DNA of 64,000 bases, taken from the NCBI RefSeq assembly GCF_021028975.2, contig NC_059439.1, positions 22,444,001 through 22,508,000 of the forward strand, given 5' to 3'. The DNA comes from Sphaerodactylus townsendi (Eukaryota). Made by a program: the position numbers and the translations under genes. Positions 46,547 through 58,356 of the stretch are shown here, piece after piece (within the stretch, counting starts at the first letter, position 1; each line of letters begins with the position of its first letter). The notes beneath the pieces were generated by a model that saw nothing but the letters and a program-made list of their open reading frames with translations, did not search any database and had not been told where the DNA came from.

Positions 46547-47524
46547 ATGCATATTGGAAGCAAAATAGCCAATCTTACCTCCACATCTGGATTTCTGCTC
46601 CTGGAATTTTCGGACATCCGAGAAACACAGATCTTATATTTCTTTGTGTTCCTCACCATATACTTGACTGCAGTGACTGGCAACCTTCTCATCATCCTTG
46701 CTGTAGCCCTGGATCATCATCTGCAAACCCCCATGTATTTCTTTCTCATGAACTTAGCTATTCTGGACCTTGGCGCAGTGTCTGTCATGGTACCCAAAGC
46801 CATGGCCAATTCCCTCATGAACAGCAGGTCAATTTCTTACTCAGGATGTGTAGCTCAAGTTTTTTTCCTCTTTTTTTTTGTAGGGTCAGATCTGTCCATC
46901 TTGACAATAATGGCACATGATCGGTATGTGGCTATCTGCAATCCATTGCAATATGAGATAGTTATGCACAGAGGAGCCTGTATTCAAATGGCAGCCAGTG
47001 CATGGATTGCTGGTATACTCTATGGTGCGTTACACACTGGAGGAACATTTACCATCACCTTTTGCTCCAACATGATTGATCAGTTCTTCTGTGAAATACC
47101 ACAGATGCTAAAACTCTCCTGCTCAAACCTGTATCTGGTGGAAGTTGGTTTGCTTTTATGGGGCTCTTGCCTGGCATTAGGATGCTTCATCTACATCACT
47201 GTCAGCTATGTGCGGATTTTTGAAGCAGTGCTCAAAATCCCTTCTGTCCATGGTCAGAAAAAGGCCATCTCCACATGCCTTCCCCACCTCACTGTCGTTT
47301 CTTTGCTCATCTTTACTGGCATGTTTGCCTATTTGAGGCCTCAGAGTTACACTTCATCTGACCTGAATATTATTTCTGCAATAATTTATGCTGTAGTTCC
47401 TCCCTTGCTCAATCCATTCATTTATAGCATGAGAAACAAAGAAATCAAGACCGCATTGTTGAAAATCTCTGATTGTGGGCATCTTTCTAAAATAATTGCT
47501 AGCAAAGCTTTTCGACAAAAATGA
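46547..47524 (+). CDS. Olfactory receptor, family-14-like (paralogue of 9124)
   Basis: First in-frame ATG after acceptor (46535) gives MHIGSKIANLTS; LQTPMYFFL, MAHDRYVAIC, PPLLNPFIYSMRN. Confidence 0.92.
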   Translation: MHIGSKIANLTSTSGFLLLEFSDIRETQILYFFVFLTIYLTAVTGNLLIILAVALDHHLQTPMYFFLMNLAILDLGAVSVMVPKAMANSLMNSRSISYSGCVAQVFFLFFFVGSDLSILTIMAHDRYVAICNPLQYEIVMHRGACIQMAASAWIAGILYGALHTGGTFTITFCSNMIDQFFCEIPQMLKLSCSNLYLVEVGLLLWGSCLALGCFIYITVSYVRIFEAVLKIPSVHGQKKAISTCLPHLTVVSLLIFTGMFAYLRPQSYTSSDLNIISAIIYAVVPPLLNPFIYSMRNKEIKTALLKISDCGHLSKIIASKAFRQK

Positions 47525-48731
47525 GACTGAATATCCTTCATCAAATATTTCTGGGGCGGGGTCAGACACAATACACAAGAAATAGTAGGGTGATTTTTTA
47601 AGCACTTCAGAAGATCCCATCAGATGTAGAAATCTTTGGTTTCCCTTTCTCCCCAGCATATACTTCTGAGTTTTCAAAATGTGATGCGGAGCGTTGGGGT
47701 TTTCACAATACAATATATATTAATAGATAGGCTGTCCATCAAAATCTGAAAGTGGCTTCACTCTGTCTATTTATAAACACAACCTACAATACTGATTTTG
47801 AATAAGTTATGTGTTCATATCTATTGAAAAAGAATGGTACTCTCCTAAATCTGGGATGGTCATCCTTTTCCACCAAGTGCACACTTTTGGGAGGGATGCA
47901 CATGGAACACTGAGGGAGGTAGAGGACACCTGCCTTGCTAGCCAGATCAGCTGAACCAATCCTGAATCAATGGAACAATAGATATCTCAGCCAGATCACC
48001 CCCAGATATCCTTACTGATGTGTAACATCTTATTAGATATGTATAAATGTATGAGAATGGCTGTATACAATTTGGAATATTTCGTATTTGAACAAAATGA
48101 ATTAGAATCTGAGACTTTTTTTTAATAGACCTTTTCTCATTATGGCCTTCCCCCCATGAATTATTAGCAAGGCATCTTGCCACCAAATTCTATGGGTTTT
48201 TTTCTCTTTTAATTTCACATTTCCCCCCTATGTTTTGTTTTGGGAATGTTTTTCCTTGTAGCAATATGTTTCCATCCCAAGAGTTGATCGTATTTTTTTT
48301 CCTTAGGAGGAGTAAATCTATGCGCTTAAAAATTTTTTTGCACCACTTCCTGTTTTGTTTAGCTGCCCTTTCCTTTAGCATTTTACCAATCCTTTAGTTT
48401 GATTTATGTATCAGTTGTGGAGCAATTGTGTATGTTTAAAAATGATGTAATAATTACATATCAATTGTATAAATTCTTAGAAAGAACAAAATAACAATAA
48501 ACAACAGTAAGAAAAATACGGGAGACCAAAAGAAATGACATTGACATTTTAGTAATTTTTAAAAAAAATTGTATCGATGGTTTCATTGTACTGTATTTGG
48601 TTTTATTGTAGCCTATAGCCTGGATATAAATACTTTTAATACAGGCAGGTGGGAGGTCCGGTGTTACCAGGAGGTTGCCAGCAATGTGTGAGATAGGCAC
48701 ATCTGTGTGCCCCTCCATCTACCACCTAGAT

Positions 48732-48885
48732 CAGTGGTGGCGAACCTTTGGCACTCCAGATGTTATGGACTACAATTCCCATCAGCCCCAGCCAGCATGG
48801 CCAAATGGCCACTTGGTCATGCTGGCAGCGGCTGATGGGAATTGTAGTCCATATCATCTGGAGTGCCAAAGGTTCACCACCACGG
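48732..48885. mobile_element. Palindromic hAT MITE (same family as 8788)
   Basis: TSD acctagat/atctagat; empty site ccacctagatg at ~42608. Confidence 0.88.
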
Positions 48886-49221
48886 ATCTAGATGTTGAGT
48901 TCTGCAGCAGCAGCCCAGCTCACTGCTGCATCCTCCCCTTGGGATGTCAACCTGGGGAGAGAGGCAGCTGCAGGTGGCTGGTGGTGGCACAGAGGAAGGT
49001 ATGAGGCACAGGCTTCAGGGGTGGGGGGAAACATAGGGAGGAGGAGGAAGCAGGAAATACAATGCTTCAGTTCCTCACTCCTGGGGTAGGGTGGGAAGAG
49101 GCTGGCAGCCAAACACCTCACCCCCCCCCAAGTTGCATCCCTGGCTTGAGTCAAGATGGCTATGGCTCATCCACTGGCGTAATGCCCATTGGCTATGGCT
49201 CATTAGCACCCACCCTATGAA

Positions 49222-49430
49222 ATCCAGTATAGTGTAGCAGTTACAGCTTCAAACAAGGTCTGAGAAAACCAGGCTCAAAACCTCATTTTGCTGTGGAAAG
49301 CTCACTGGGTGATTTTGGACCCATCACATATTTGCAGCCTAATCTTTCTCCATAGTGGTTTCACAGATAAAAAGAAGAAGAGATTAATGTAAATAAGCTT
49401 CTTTGGTCCCCATTGGGGAATAAGACTCGT
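49222..49430 (+). mobile_element. Degenerate tRNA/CORE-type SINE
   Basis: agtgtagcagtta head; agctcactgggtga; ttggtccccattgggg. Confidence 0.55.
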
Positions 49431-49437
49431 TGGGTAG

Positions 49438-50344
49438 TGTAACCCTGGCCTTCATCCCCTGCCTCATAAAATATTGAAGTTCATGTGATTTCTCATACCA
49501 TGTGCTGCAAAATGCCAGTTTCCATGTTTGTATTGGTGGATAGCAGAGTGTCCCAGCCAAGAGCAAGCCTAAGGCAAAACAGCCTGTTTAATCTATGAGT
49601 TACTCCAGGCAATTATCTGGACGTCTCATAACAAGGACATGCATCTTTTGATTATCTCACCCTACCAGAATGTTCCATTGACATAATGGAATCTTCAAAT
49701 CTCCTGAACACCACACCTCGCTAAGCTGCTTTTAGAACTTCCTGATACTGTGGCTCATTCCGCACATGTCCCGGGAAGTAGAAACAATAGATAGAGCTGC
49801 TAATTAGCTCAGCTCTGAAATCCCAGCATGGAAACCCAGAAAATCCAGGAATAGAAACTTACAGAAATAGAAACTTAATAGCTCTCGCCCCAAACTACTC
49901 ACAGGGGTATAAAAATACAGGGCACCCCAAGTTCCACGTTCTTAATGCTGGTTCTTTAGTGCTAGCTGGCTAGCTAGCCACCTCCTGCTGCTGGTTCATG
50001 TTCTCAATGCTGGCTCTCAATGCTGGCCCCCACCCTCCATGCTGGCATAGGAATCCCTGCCTTCTTCCAGAACTTCTCTGCAGATTTAGGTAACGCATAA
50101 GTCCCCTGCTTCCCCAACTCCTATTGTATCATCCAAAACCTATCTTTTCCTCCCTATTTATATACTTAGGAACTGTGTGTATGTGCTTTAATGTCTCACT
50201 GTGTGATTGTTTGCAACCAAAATTTATATAAAAATATTTAAACCGCAATTTGGTCTTTTGTGAATTCTCTGCAGATACATTTCAAGCCGTTACTGGTATA
50301 CATAGTCTTAAAAGATCCCTACCCAGCCTGCCTCTCGCATTGCT
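49438..50344 (+). mobile_element. LTR (same family as 4977), 3' end lost in gap
   Basis: TGTAACCCTG start; TATAAAA ~49908; 50100-50344 matches the reverse complement of ~35140-35385. Confidence 0.85.
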
Positions 50345-50435
50345 NNNNNNNNNNNNNNNNNNNNNNNNNNNNNNNNNNNNNNNNNNNNNNNNNNNNNNNN
50401 NNNNNNNNNNNNNNNNNNNNNNNNNNNNNNNNNNN
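50345..50435. other. Assembly gap
   Basis: N-run. Confidence 1.
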
Positions 50436-51043
50436 GCAACATTAGACTTCACCCTTTCTCACAGTAATGGGCTCATGACCGATGTATGTGGCTATCTAAA
50501 AAACCCCTTCGCTATGAAACTGTTATGAATAAAGGAGCATGCATTCAAATGGCAGCTAGTGCATGGCTTACCAGCCTTCTCTATGCTGTGTTGCACACGG
50601 CTGCCACTTTTGCTATGACATTCTGTTCCAATATTGTGGACCAGTTTTTCTGTGAGGTCCCACAACTAGTTAAGATATCTTGCTCTGATTTGTATGTAGT
50701 TGAAAGCATACTTCTGATATTCAGTGTTGCAGCAGCATTGGGTTGCTTTGTATTTATCATCATTACATACATACAGATCTTCACTACAGTACTCAGAATC
50801 CCTTCATCACAGGGAAGGCAAAAGGTCTTTTCCACCTGTATTCCTCATCTCATTGTTTTCTCCATGTTTCTATTTGGTGGAATGCTTGTCTACCTGAGAC
50901 CTATTCCCCATCCCTCTCCACACACCAACTTGGCCTTTGCCGTCATATATTCTGTAATCCCGCCCATGATGAACCCTGTAATTTACAGCATGAGAAACAA
51001 GGAGATAAAGCTTGCAATGTGCAAACTTTTACACTTGAAGTAG
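50436..51043 (+). pseudogene. OR, TM3 to C-terminus only; true pseudogene or gap-broken gene
   Basis: PLRYETVM...FFCEVP...KVFSTCIPHL...PPMMNPVIYSMRN open to TAG 51043; frameshifts only within ~70 bp of the gap. Confidence 0.7.
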
Positions 51044-51730
51044 TTTAGTCAGAATTATTTTTTTTTATTTTATCCTGTAAAAACATAATCGATATGCTTT
51101 TAGTGAGGTTTAGCAATGAAAAATAAGTAGAATCGTGGTGGATTAAGCCTGGTGGATTAGACCTGGTCATTTAGCCCAGCATCCTGTCTAATAGAAGACA
51201 CAAATGGTGACCTTGGAGAACCAATAAACAGGGCCTTTTTAAAAGAATCCCCATAATCCAGTTGTTTCTGTCTCAGACTGAGACCTGCTATTAGGAGAAG
51301 ATTTTAATGCAATAATGGAGTCAACCTTGGATAGAGGCATGAAAAGAAAAAGAATACATCCTTCAGTAAAACAGTTTTCTCTCCCCCCCAACCCCTTTAT
51401 CCCTTTTTCAGTTTATAGATATTTGGAGGATACATTATCTGTCTGAGAAAGATACTTAGTATTCACACGTTCATAATACCTTTCCCAGGATGATTGAGTT
51501 TTGATCTCAACATTATTGGCAAATGAGATCAGTGATATAAAATAAATAGTGTTATTTATGCAGACCATGTCTCAATTTACTTAGTTATAGTCAAAGCTTT
51601 TTTTTTAAAAAAAAAAAAAGTCATGCCATTTAAATGGAGTATTAAGGAATACTCTTAAAATTAAGAAGAACTTGGTAAAAACATGGTGTTTTTCTTTACA
51701 CTCACTCCAGCAGATGGGCCAGACACACAA

Positions 51731-52470
51731 GTGCCAGTCATCTCTCAGCCCCTCTGCAGCAAAAGCTGGATGTTCTGGCTGCAGTGGAGCTGTGCTGGCA
51801 TCCAGAATGGACGCCAGCAGAGGGAAGGGGGCTGGATCATTCCTGGGGGTGAAAGCTATGTTAATTGACTTCTACTCTGGGTTTGTGGCCCATTGTGCTG
51901 CAGTCCCAGTCCTTTTGGGTGGTATGGTCCCAATGAAGAGGTTTCTAGTTGCAGGGAGGATTTATGCTTTTGGGTCTGGGTTGCTCTGTAAGCTGGAAAC
52001 GAACAAACTTGTGCAAATTGACATATACTCCCTCCATTTTAAAATAAATCGTTTAGATCAGTGGTTCTCAACCTGGCGGTCGGGACCCGTTTGGGGGGGT
52101 CGAACAACCCTTTCACAGGGGCCGCCTAAGACTCTCTGCATCAGTGTTCTCCATCTGTAAAAAGGATAAATGTTAGGGTTGGGGGTCACCACAACATGAG
52201 GAACTGTATTAAAGGGTCGCGGCATTAGGAAGGTTGAGAACCACTGATTTAGATGATGATTTTTTTAAAAAAAAATTGGGAAGATGAAAGTAAATTACCA
52301 GCATTAAGGGTTAGGGGGAAAATCAGTTATTGGGAAAAAAACAAAGGATGGATCCATTGCATCAATTAACAACTTCATTTTTGAAAGGTTTTTACTGAGT
52401 ATTATCAGGAATTATATAAGGCTCGTTATCCTGATATGAATAGAATTAAAAATTTCCTAAGAGTGTTCAG
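51731..52470. repeat. Local duplication, copy 1 (copy 2 at ~53585-54335)
   Basis: Near-identical gtgccagtcat...aattaaaaa blocks. Confidence 0.92.
52059..52246. mobile_element. SPIN/URR1-type hAT MITE
   Basis: CAGTGGTTCTCAACCT...GGGGGTCACCACAACATGAGGAACTGTATTAAAGGGTCGCGGCATTAGGAAGGTTGAGAACCACTG; TSD gtttagat/atttagat. Confidence 0.85.
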
Positions 52471-53545
52471 AAAGTTGAATTGGTGCACAATATTGCAGCC
52501 CAGGATGTTGACTGGATTGGGCAGTAGGAAGCATACTGCCCTCATCCTCTTCCTTTTTCTCTGGCTTCCAGCATGTTTCCAGGTGCAGTCCAAGGTGCTT
52601 GTGTTGGCCTTTAAAGCCTGTTATGGCTTCAGACCAACATAACTGAGGGACCGCCTTTTCCCCTTAGCCCTTTCTTAGATGTTAAGGTCCTTTGCTAAGC
52701 TATTACTTCAGGTATCCCAGCATTTTTATGTTGGTTGAGATTGGGTGAGCAGCAATGAAAGAGAATGCCTTTTTGGTCATGGCATTAAAACTCTGCCGAG
52801 TAATTTTCATTTGTCGATTCGATTTCGATTTCGAATACCTTTAATGGCATATAGATTGTTTAAGATTAGCTTAGCAAGGTAATAACAGCCTTTACAACTT
52901 TACAATTTCTGACGAGTTAAAATAACACCATTTAAAAATTTAGCCACCGCTTCCAACAGCTCGTAGTTGTGGCTGTTTAAAAGATATATAACCTTCTGTT
53001 TATCTGTAATGCCTTCACTTCCATGCAGGAAGGGGATTATGTGCTTCTTCCTACGTATCTCATAAAAGGGACAATCCAAGTGCAGATGAGGTAATTTTTC
53101 CACAGAATCCATGCCACACGGGCATTTCCTGTCTTTATGTGGTATTCCAAGTTGGCGTCCAAGGCTAAAGAGGAGAGAAGACAGGGCATTACACCTAGCT
53201 ATTAAGGTGATTGCTCTACGCCACTGACCTCCAACCACAGGAGAGATAAAGGTACTGGGCTGCAATTAGTCTATCCATAGGTATTCCCAGAGAGATCGGG
53301 GAACAGGTTTTATTAGCTTCCTCAATTTTCATTTGTCTCCTTCCTTCTCTCACTGTCTTCTGTGAGGAGGAAATTTCATATGCCATTCTGTCCATGATCT
53401 CTCATTGCTGCCCTTTGTTTTAATATTGATATCAATACTATTTAGTTTAGTTTTTTTTGTTTCTTGTTAATGATGTTTTCATAATGTTTTATTTTAATGG
53501 TTAGCTTCACAGAAAGGTGGCATACACATATTGTAAACAAATAAA
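52470..53545 (+). mobile_element. Old L2 fragment, split by an RTE-X-like insertion
   Basis: WLPACFQVQSKVLVLAFKA motif; L2-type tail near 53500-53545. Confidence 0.6.
52816..53323 (-). mobile_element. RTE-X-like LINE 3' fragment
   Basis: RKCPCGMDSVEKLPHLHLDCPFY..R..VAKFL; exact 14-bp TSD aattttcatttgtc. Confidence 0.88.
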
Positions 53546-53926
53546 TGCACGTGTAGCTATGCTGCTTTGAATGCAAACATCTTTGTGCCAGTCATCCCTC
53601 AGCCCCTCTGCAGCAAAAGCTGGATGTTCTGGCTGCAGTGGATCTGTGCTGGCATCCAGAATGGACACCAGCAGGGGGAAGAGGGGTGGATCATTTCTGG
53701 GGGTGAAAACTATGTTAATTGACTTCTACTCTGGGTTTGTGGCCCATTGTGCTGCAGTCCCAGTCCTTTTGGGTGGTGTGGTTCCAATGACGAGCTTTTC
53801 AGTTGCAGGGAGGCTTTTTTCTCCTTTCCTGCACCTCTAAGGACTGGGTTGCTCTGTAAGCTGGAAAAGAACAAACTTGTGCAAATTGACATATACTCCC
53901 TCCATTTTAAAATAAATCATTTAGAT

Positions 53927-54118
53927 CAGTGGTTCTCAACCTGGCGGTCGGGACCCCTTGGGGGGTGGGGGTCAAACAACCCTTTCACAGGGGCCGCCTA
54001 AGACTCTCTGCATCAGTGTTCTCCATCTGTAAAATGGATAAATGTTAGGGTTGGGGGTCACCACCACATGAGGAACTATATTCAAGGGTTGCGGCATTAG
54101 GAAGGTTGAGAACCACTG
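53927..54118. mobile_element. SPIN/URR1-type hAT MITE (duplicated copy)
   Basis: Same TIRs; exact TSD atttagat. Confidence 0.85.
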
Positions 54119-54399
54119 ATTTAGATGATGATTTTTTTAAAAAAAAAATTGGGATGAAGAAGGTAAATTACCAGCATTAAGGGTTAGGGGGAAAATCAGT
54201 TATTGGGAAAAAATAAAGGATGGATCAATTGTATCAATTAACAGCTTCATTTTTAAAAGGTTTTTACTGAGTATTATCAGGCATTATATAACGTTTGTGC
54301 TCCAGATATAGATAGAATTAAAAAATTCCTAAGTAAACTGAAAATACTTAAATTGGCAAAGGAACAGAAAAGGTTAATGGCTGAAAAAAATAAATTTCC

Positions 54400-54790
54400 A
54401 TGAAATGATTACTGTAAATCAAAACCTCAAATCAAATAAAGCAGTTGGATCTGATTGGCTTATGCTGGTGTTTTTTTAACCCCTTGTGTTTAATAAAGTT
54501 ACCCACAAATAACATATTTGAATTGGGATGTTTACCAGAAACATGGATAAAAAGTAAAATTATGGTTATTCTTAAACCTTCAAAAGCTCCTAACATCACT
54601 AGTTCCTACAGACCTGTTAGTTTGCTAAATTTAGATTGCGAAATTGTAGCATCTATATTAACCAATTGGATGAAATGTATAATTGATTGGCATATACCAT
54701 CTGACCAGACTGGTTTCACACCAGCACACCATATAACAACAAGCATACAAAAATAGAATGACATACAATAATATTAACATTATTATAAAT
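54400..54790 (+). mobile_element. Degenerate L1/Tx1 RT fragment
   Basis: LPETW..ILKPSK..SYRPVSLLNLD..DQTGF. Confidence 0.7.
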
Positions 54791-55331
54791 AGCATTCCTG
54801 CATTCCACAATAAAAAGGCAAGTTCAAATATTAGTGGGTAAAATTAGAACTTTATTAATGACAGACCAGTCATAGCAATGTCACTTCACAGCTTCTTCAG
54901 TGTGGGGTACTGTAATTAATGGTAGTCAAATAGGCTACCCATCTTCAGATTAACTAGTTCATCAGACACAAACTCCAGCCCTCTCTTTTATGGCCCTCTT
55001 TGATTTCTCTGCTCTTCTTCATACAGCCAGTATGAAGCAGCATACAAAGGAAAACACATGAAGATAGACCCCATCAAGGTTGAAACAATGAATGAAAATA
55101 GTAAAAAGTCAGCATACAAATCTCAGCAAGACATAAAACGGTATAGCATCTTAAAATGAGTATCTTAGAATAGCTTTGAGGCTACAAGCAGACTGTAAAA
55201 AGAAAGAATTTAGATGAATCAACCCCTTGACAGAAAAAAAATTGACAAATCTCCAGGAATTTACCCAAACAATGCTTGCTGCGTGTATAGATGTGTGTGA
55301 GAACCAGTGCTTATCAGTTCTTTGTTTTTCT

Positions 55332-56276
55332 CTACCGTGGACCTACAAGAAGGTTTTTAACTTTTTTTGATATTTTGCACAGCGCTTCTTGAATATCCTT
55401 GTTTCTGAGGCTATAAATGATTGGATTCAGGACTGGGGGTAAAACAACATATAAAACAGCAGAGAACAGGTCAACGGTGGGAGAGGAGAGGGCTTTGGGC
55501 CTCATGTATGAAAACCCAACTGTGAGAATAAATAAGGAAAACACTGTCAAGTGCGGAATGCAAGTCGAGAAGGCTTTGTATCTGCCCTGAACTGATGGAA
55601 TCTTCAGCACGGCTGAGAAGATGTAGCCATAGGAAGCAAAGATGAACACAAAGCAGAAGGAATCCACAATTAATCCAAGAACAAATATCAGGAGTTGATT
55701 AGCTTCTGTATCCGTGCAAGAGATCTTTTGTAGCTGAGGGATATCACAGAAAAACTGCTCAATAATATTGGACCCACAGAAGTTTAAACAAAAAGTAATA
55801 CTAGTTTCTATTATTGCATGGATCAAACTACTGGTCCAGGAAGCAGCTGCCAGGTGAGAGCAGGTATCCCAGTTCATGATTAACATATACTGTAGAGGAT
55901 GGCAAATTGCTACATAGCGGTCATAAGCCATGATGGTAAGCAGAGCTAGCTCAGCACTTGCAAAAGTTATCACTAAGAATATCTGTGCAACACACCCATA
56001 GAATGAGATCAGCTTGCTGTTTGTTAAGGAGGCGGCCATGGATTTGGGAACAGTGGTGGAAATAAAGCATATATCTGAGAAGGATAAGTTCACCAGAAAA
56101 AAGTACATAGGGGTGTGAAGCTGGTGACTGAGGAACACCAGTGTGATTATGAGAGCATTCCCACACAGGGCTATGACATATATGAACAGGAATATCACAA
56201 AATGCAACATCTGTCCATTGGGGTCATCAGAAAAACCCTTCAGAAGGAACTCCATAACTGTGGATTGGTTTGACAT
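55332..56276 (-). CDS. Olfactory receptor, family-14-like (paralogue of 30907)
   Basis: MSNQS, MAYDRYVAICHPL, KAFSTCIPHL, PPVLNPIIYSLRN; 314 aa. Confidence 0.96.
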   Translation of the reverse strand: MSNQSTVMEFLLKGFSDDPNGQMLHFVIFLFIYVIALCGNALIITLVFLSHQLHTPMYFFLVNLSFSDICFISTTVPKSMAASLTNSKLISFYGCVAQIFLVITFASAELALLTIMAYDRYVAICHPLQYMLIMNWDTCSHLAAASWTSSLIHAIIETSITFCLNFCGSNIIEQFFCDIPQLQKISCTDTEANQLLIFVLGLIVDSFCFVFIFASYGYIFSAVLKIPSVQGRYKAFSTCIPHLTVFSLFILTVGFSYMRPKALSSPTVDLFSAVLYVVLPPVLNPIIYSLRNKDIQEALCKISKKVKNLLVGPR

Positions 56277-56326
56277 TTGGTTTGGAAATATTCTGTGAAA
56301 AGAAAGAAAGTCATTAATGGAAGAAA

Positions 56327-56750
56327 CGACCTACAAACAATCTACAGACCCACTAAGAAAATTCAACAGATGCTACGTTCAGCAAAGGATAAGAGGGATC
56401 CTTTAGCTACTGCAGGAGTCTATCGCATACCATGCAGCTGTGGACAAGTCTACATAGGAACCACCAAACGCAGCGCACAGACACGTATCAAAGAACACGA
56501 AAGGCACTGCAGACTATTTCAGCCAGAAAAATCAGCAATAGCAAAACACAAGATAAACCAACCTGGACATAGAATATTATTTGAAAAAACAGAAATTCTG
56601 GACCACTCTGAAAGCCACTACGTCAGACTACACAGAGAAGCAATTGAAATCCATAAGCACATGGACAATTTTAACAGGAAGGAAGAAACTATGAAAATGA
56701 ACAGAACTTGGCTGCCAGTGTTGAAAAATACTAGAGTCAAGACAGTGTGT
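56327..56750 (+). mobile_element. Penelope-like element fragment, GIY-YIG endonuclease domain
   Basis: GVYRIPCSCGQVYIGTTKRSAQTRIKEH...SAIAKH...REAIEI...FNR; frame open throughout. Confidence 0.9.
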
Positions 56751-57656
56751 AGGCTAAACTCCTAGCATTGTTACTCAAGATGGAATGGTCATAGCTGAGA
56801 CACCAGACTCACGTGCATGTACCCCCTTGAGGAACCAATGGCCACACCAGCAGAAGAGAACTAACAGTTCCAATTGTGATGGGGGCCATGAAATCCTTGA
56901 AGGGTAGCTACTGAACAGCAGAAGTAGTGAAAGGTGAAACTGGTGTAGATTCTTTTGTAGAGAATGGCAGTTGTACTTTGGCTAACTCTAGCTAGTACTG
57001 AACAGAAGGTGGCAACGGTAAACTACTTCTGATCATCTCTTACCTTAAAAAAGCTATGATATTCAATTTTTGTCTTCAGAAAGCATAGCAGATTTAAGGA
57101 GCCCTTTATGAAAGGAATGTAAGATTTCAATTAATGTTTAACTATAGCATACATTATACTATAGTTTAATATTGTAATACATCTATCATAATGTATTTGT
57201 TAGTCACATCTATTTCAGCATTAACAAGAGTACAGAAATCAAACAGAAGTGCTATTTCCTGTTTCTTTTACTAAAGAAGGCTGATGTTTGGAAGAAATGA
57301 AAGAATTTAAATTATATTTTTATCTTTAACAGAGTACCATGAACAACAGCAGACACAACATGACTGTGATGTTTTTCTTAAAGATGACAACAAAGAAAAA
57401 ACTCTAATCTAATTTCTGCAGGAGAATTAATGTTTTTTTAATTGCTATTGTTACATTATTATTGTGCTTTTATCCAAGGTATACAGTGTCATGTCTGAAA
57501 GTCACAAAAACACTGTTTTGAACTCAACTTTTGAACTAGATAGACTCATTGATCCATTTTTTAAAAAAATATCTCCCAACATTTTATTTCAGTTAAATCA
57601 TCCAGAAATCATAATCTTTCTATGATCAAATGACTGGAGGGGAAAGAAAGTGTTTA

Positions 57657-57934
57657 CCTGTTCCTGTGTTTTCACTTGTTCCTGGAAGTAAGGAGATGGG
57701 ACCACACAAGAGAGATTTAGCCATGCAAACACTTATCTGTGATGCAAGGGCTGACTCTGTAGAACTATGTATTGTATCTCAGGAGTTGATACAGTAGAAC
57801 TAATTAACACTTTTGCTTTTCAACTCTCTGAAGGTTTATCAAAAAAGGGACTTTGCTGTTCAGAATGTTGGAGATAGTATAGTAGAGTCATCAGGTAATG
57901 ACCTGAATGCCATGTTCTGATTAGCCCCGAGGGA
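57657..57934 (-). promoter_or_regulatory. Candidate promoter/first exon of OR 56276
   Basis: Paralogue of 33277-33554; donor, TAATTA and CTGATTAG-CCCCGAGGGA retained. Confidence 0.55.
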
Positions 57935-58132
57935 GTCAGGTTAATACCTCATTGATTATGGATGAGCACAGGCATGACAACAGAGCTGCTGGATGTTTCT
58001 CTATGGACATGCTGCATGCAAGCCGGATGGCCAGCATAGTGTAGTGGTTAAGAGTAGGTGGATTCTAATCTGGAGAACTGGTTTTGATTCCCCCTGCTCC
58101 ACCTGAGTAGCAGAGGGTTGTCTGAGAAAAAT

Positions 58133-58356
58133 NNNNNNNNNNNNNNNNNNNNNNNNNNNNNNNNNNNNNNNNNNNNNNNNNNNNNNNNNNNNNNNNNNNN
58201 NNNNNNNNNNNNNNNNNNNNNNNNNNNNNNNNNNNNNNNNNNNNNNNNNNNNNNNNNNNNNNNNNNNNNNNNNNNNNNNNNNNNNNNNNNNNNNNNNNNN
58301 NNNNNNNNNNNNNNNNNNNNNNNNNNNNNNNNNNNNNNNNNNNNNNNNNNNNNNNN
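58133..58356. other. Assembly gap inside the SINE starting at 58032
   Basis: N-run; length matches the SINE body in paralogue ~33745-33970. Confidence 0.95.

Noticed and set aside
51672-53840. Repeated ORF CQSSLSPSAAKAGCSGC
   Set aside because: By-product of the local duplication; frames diverge between copies; no recognisable domain.
56277-56765. GIY-YIG ORF head-to-head with an OR as a two-gene system
   Set aside because: TTG start, begins in OR UTR/intron sequence, absent from the paralogue; an internal Penelope fragment.
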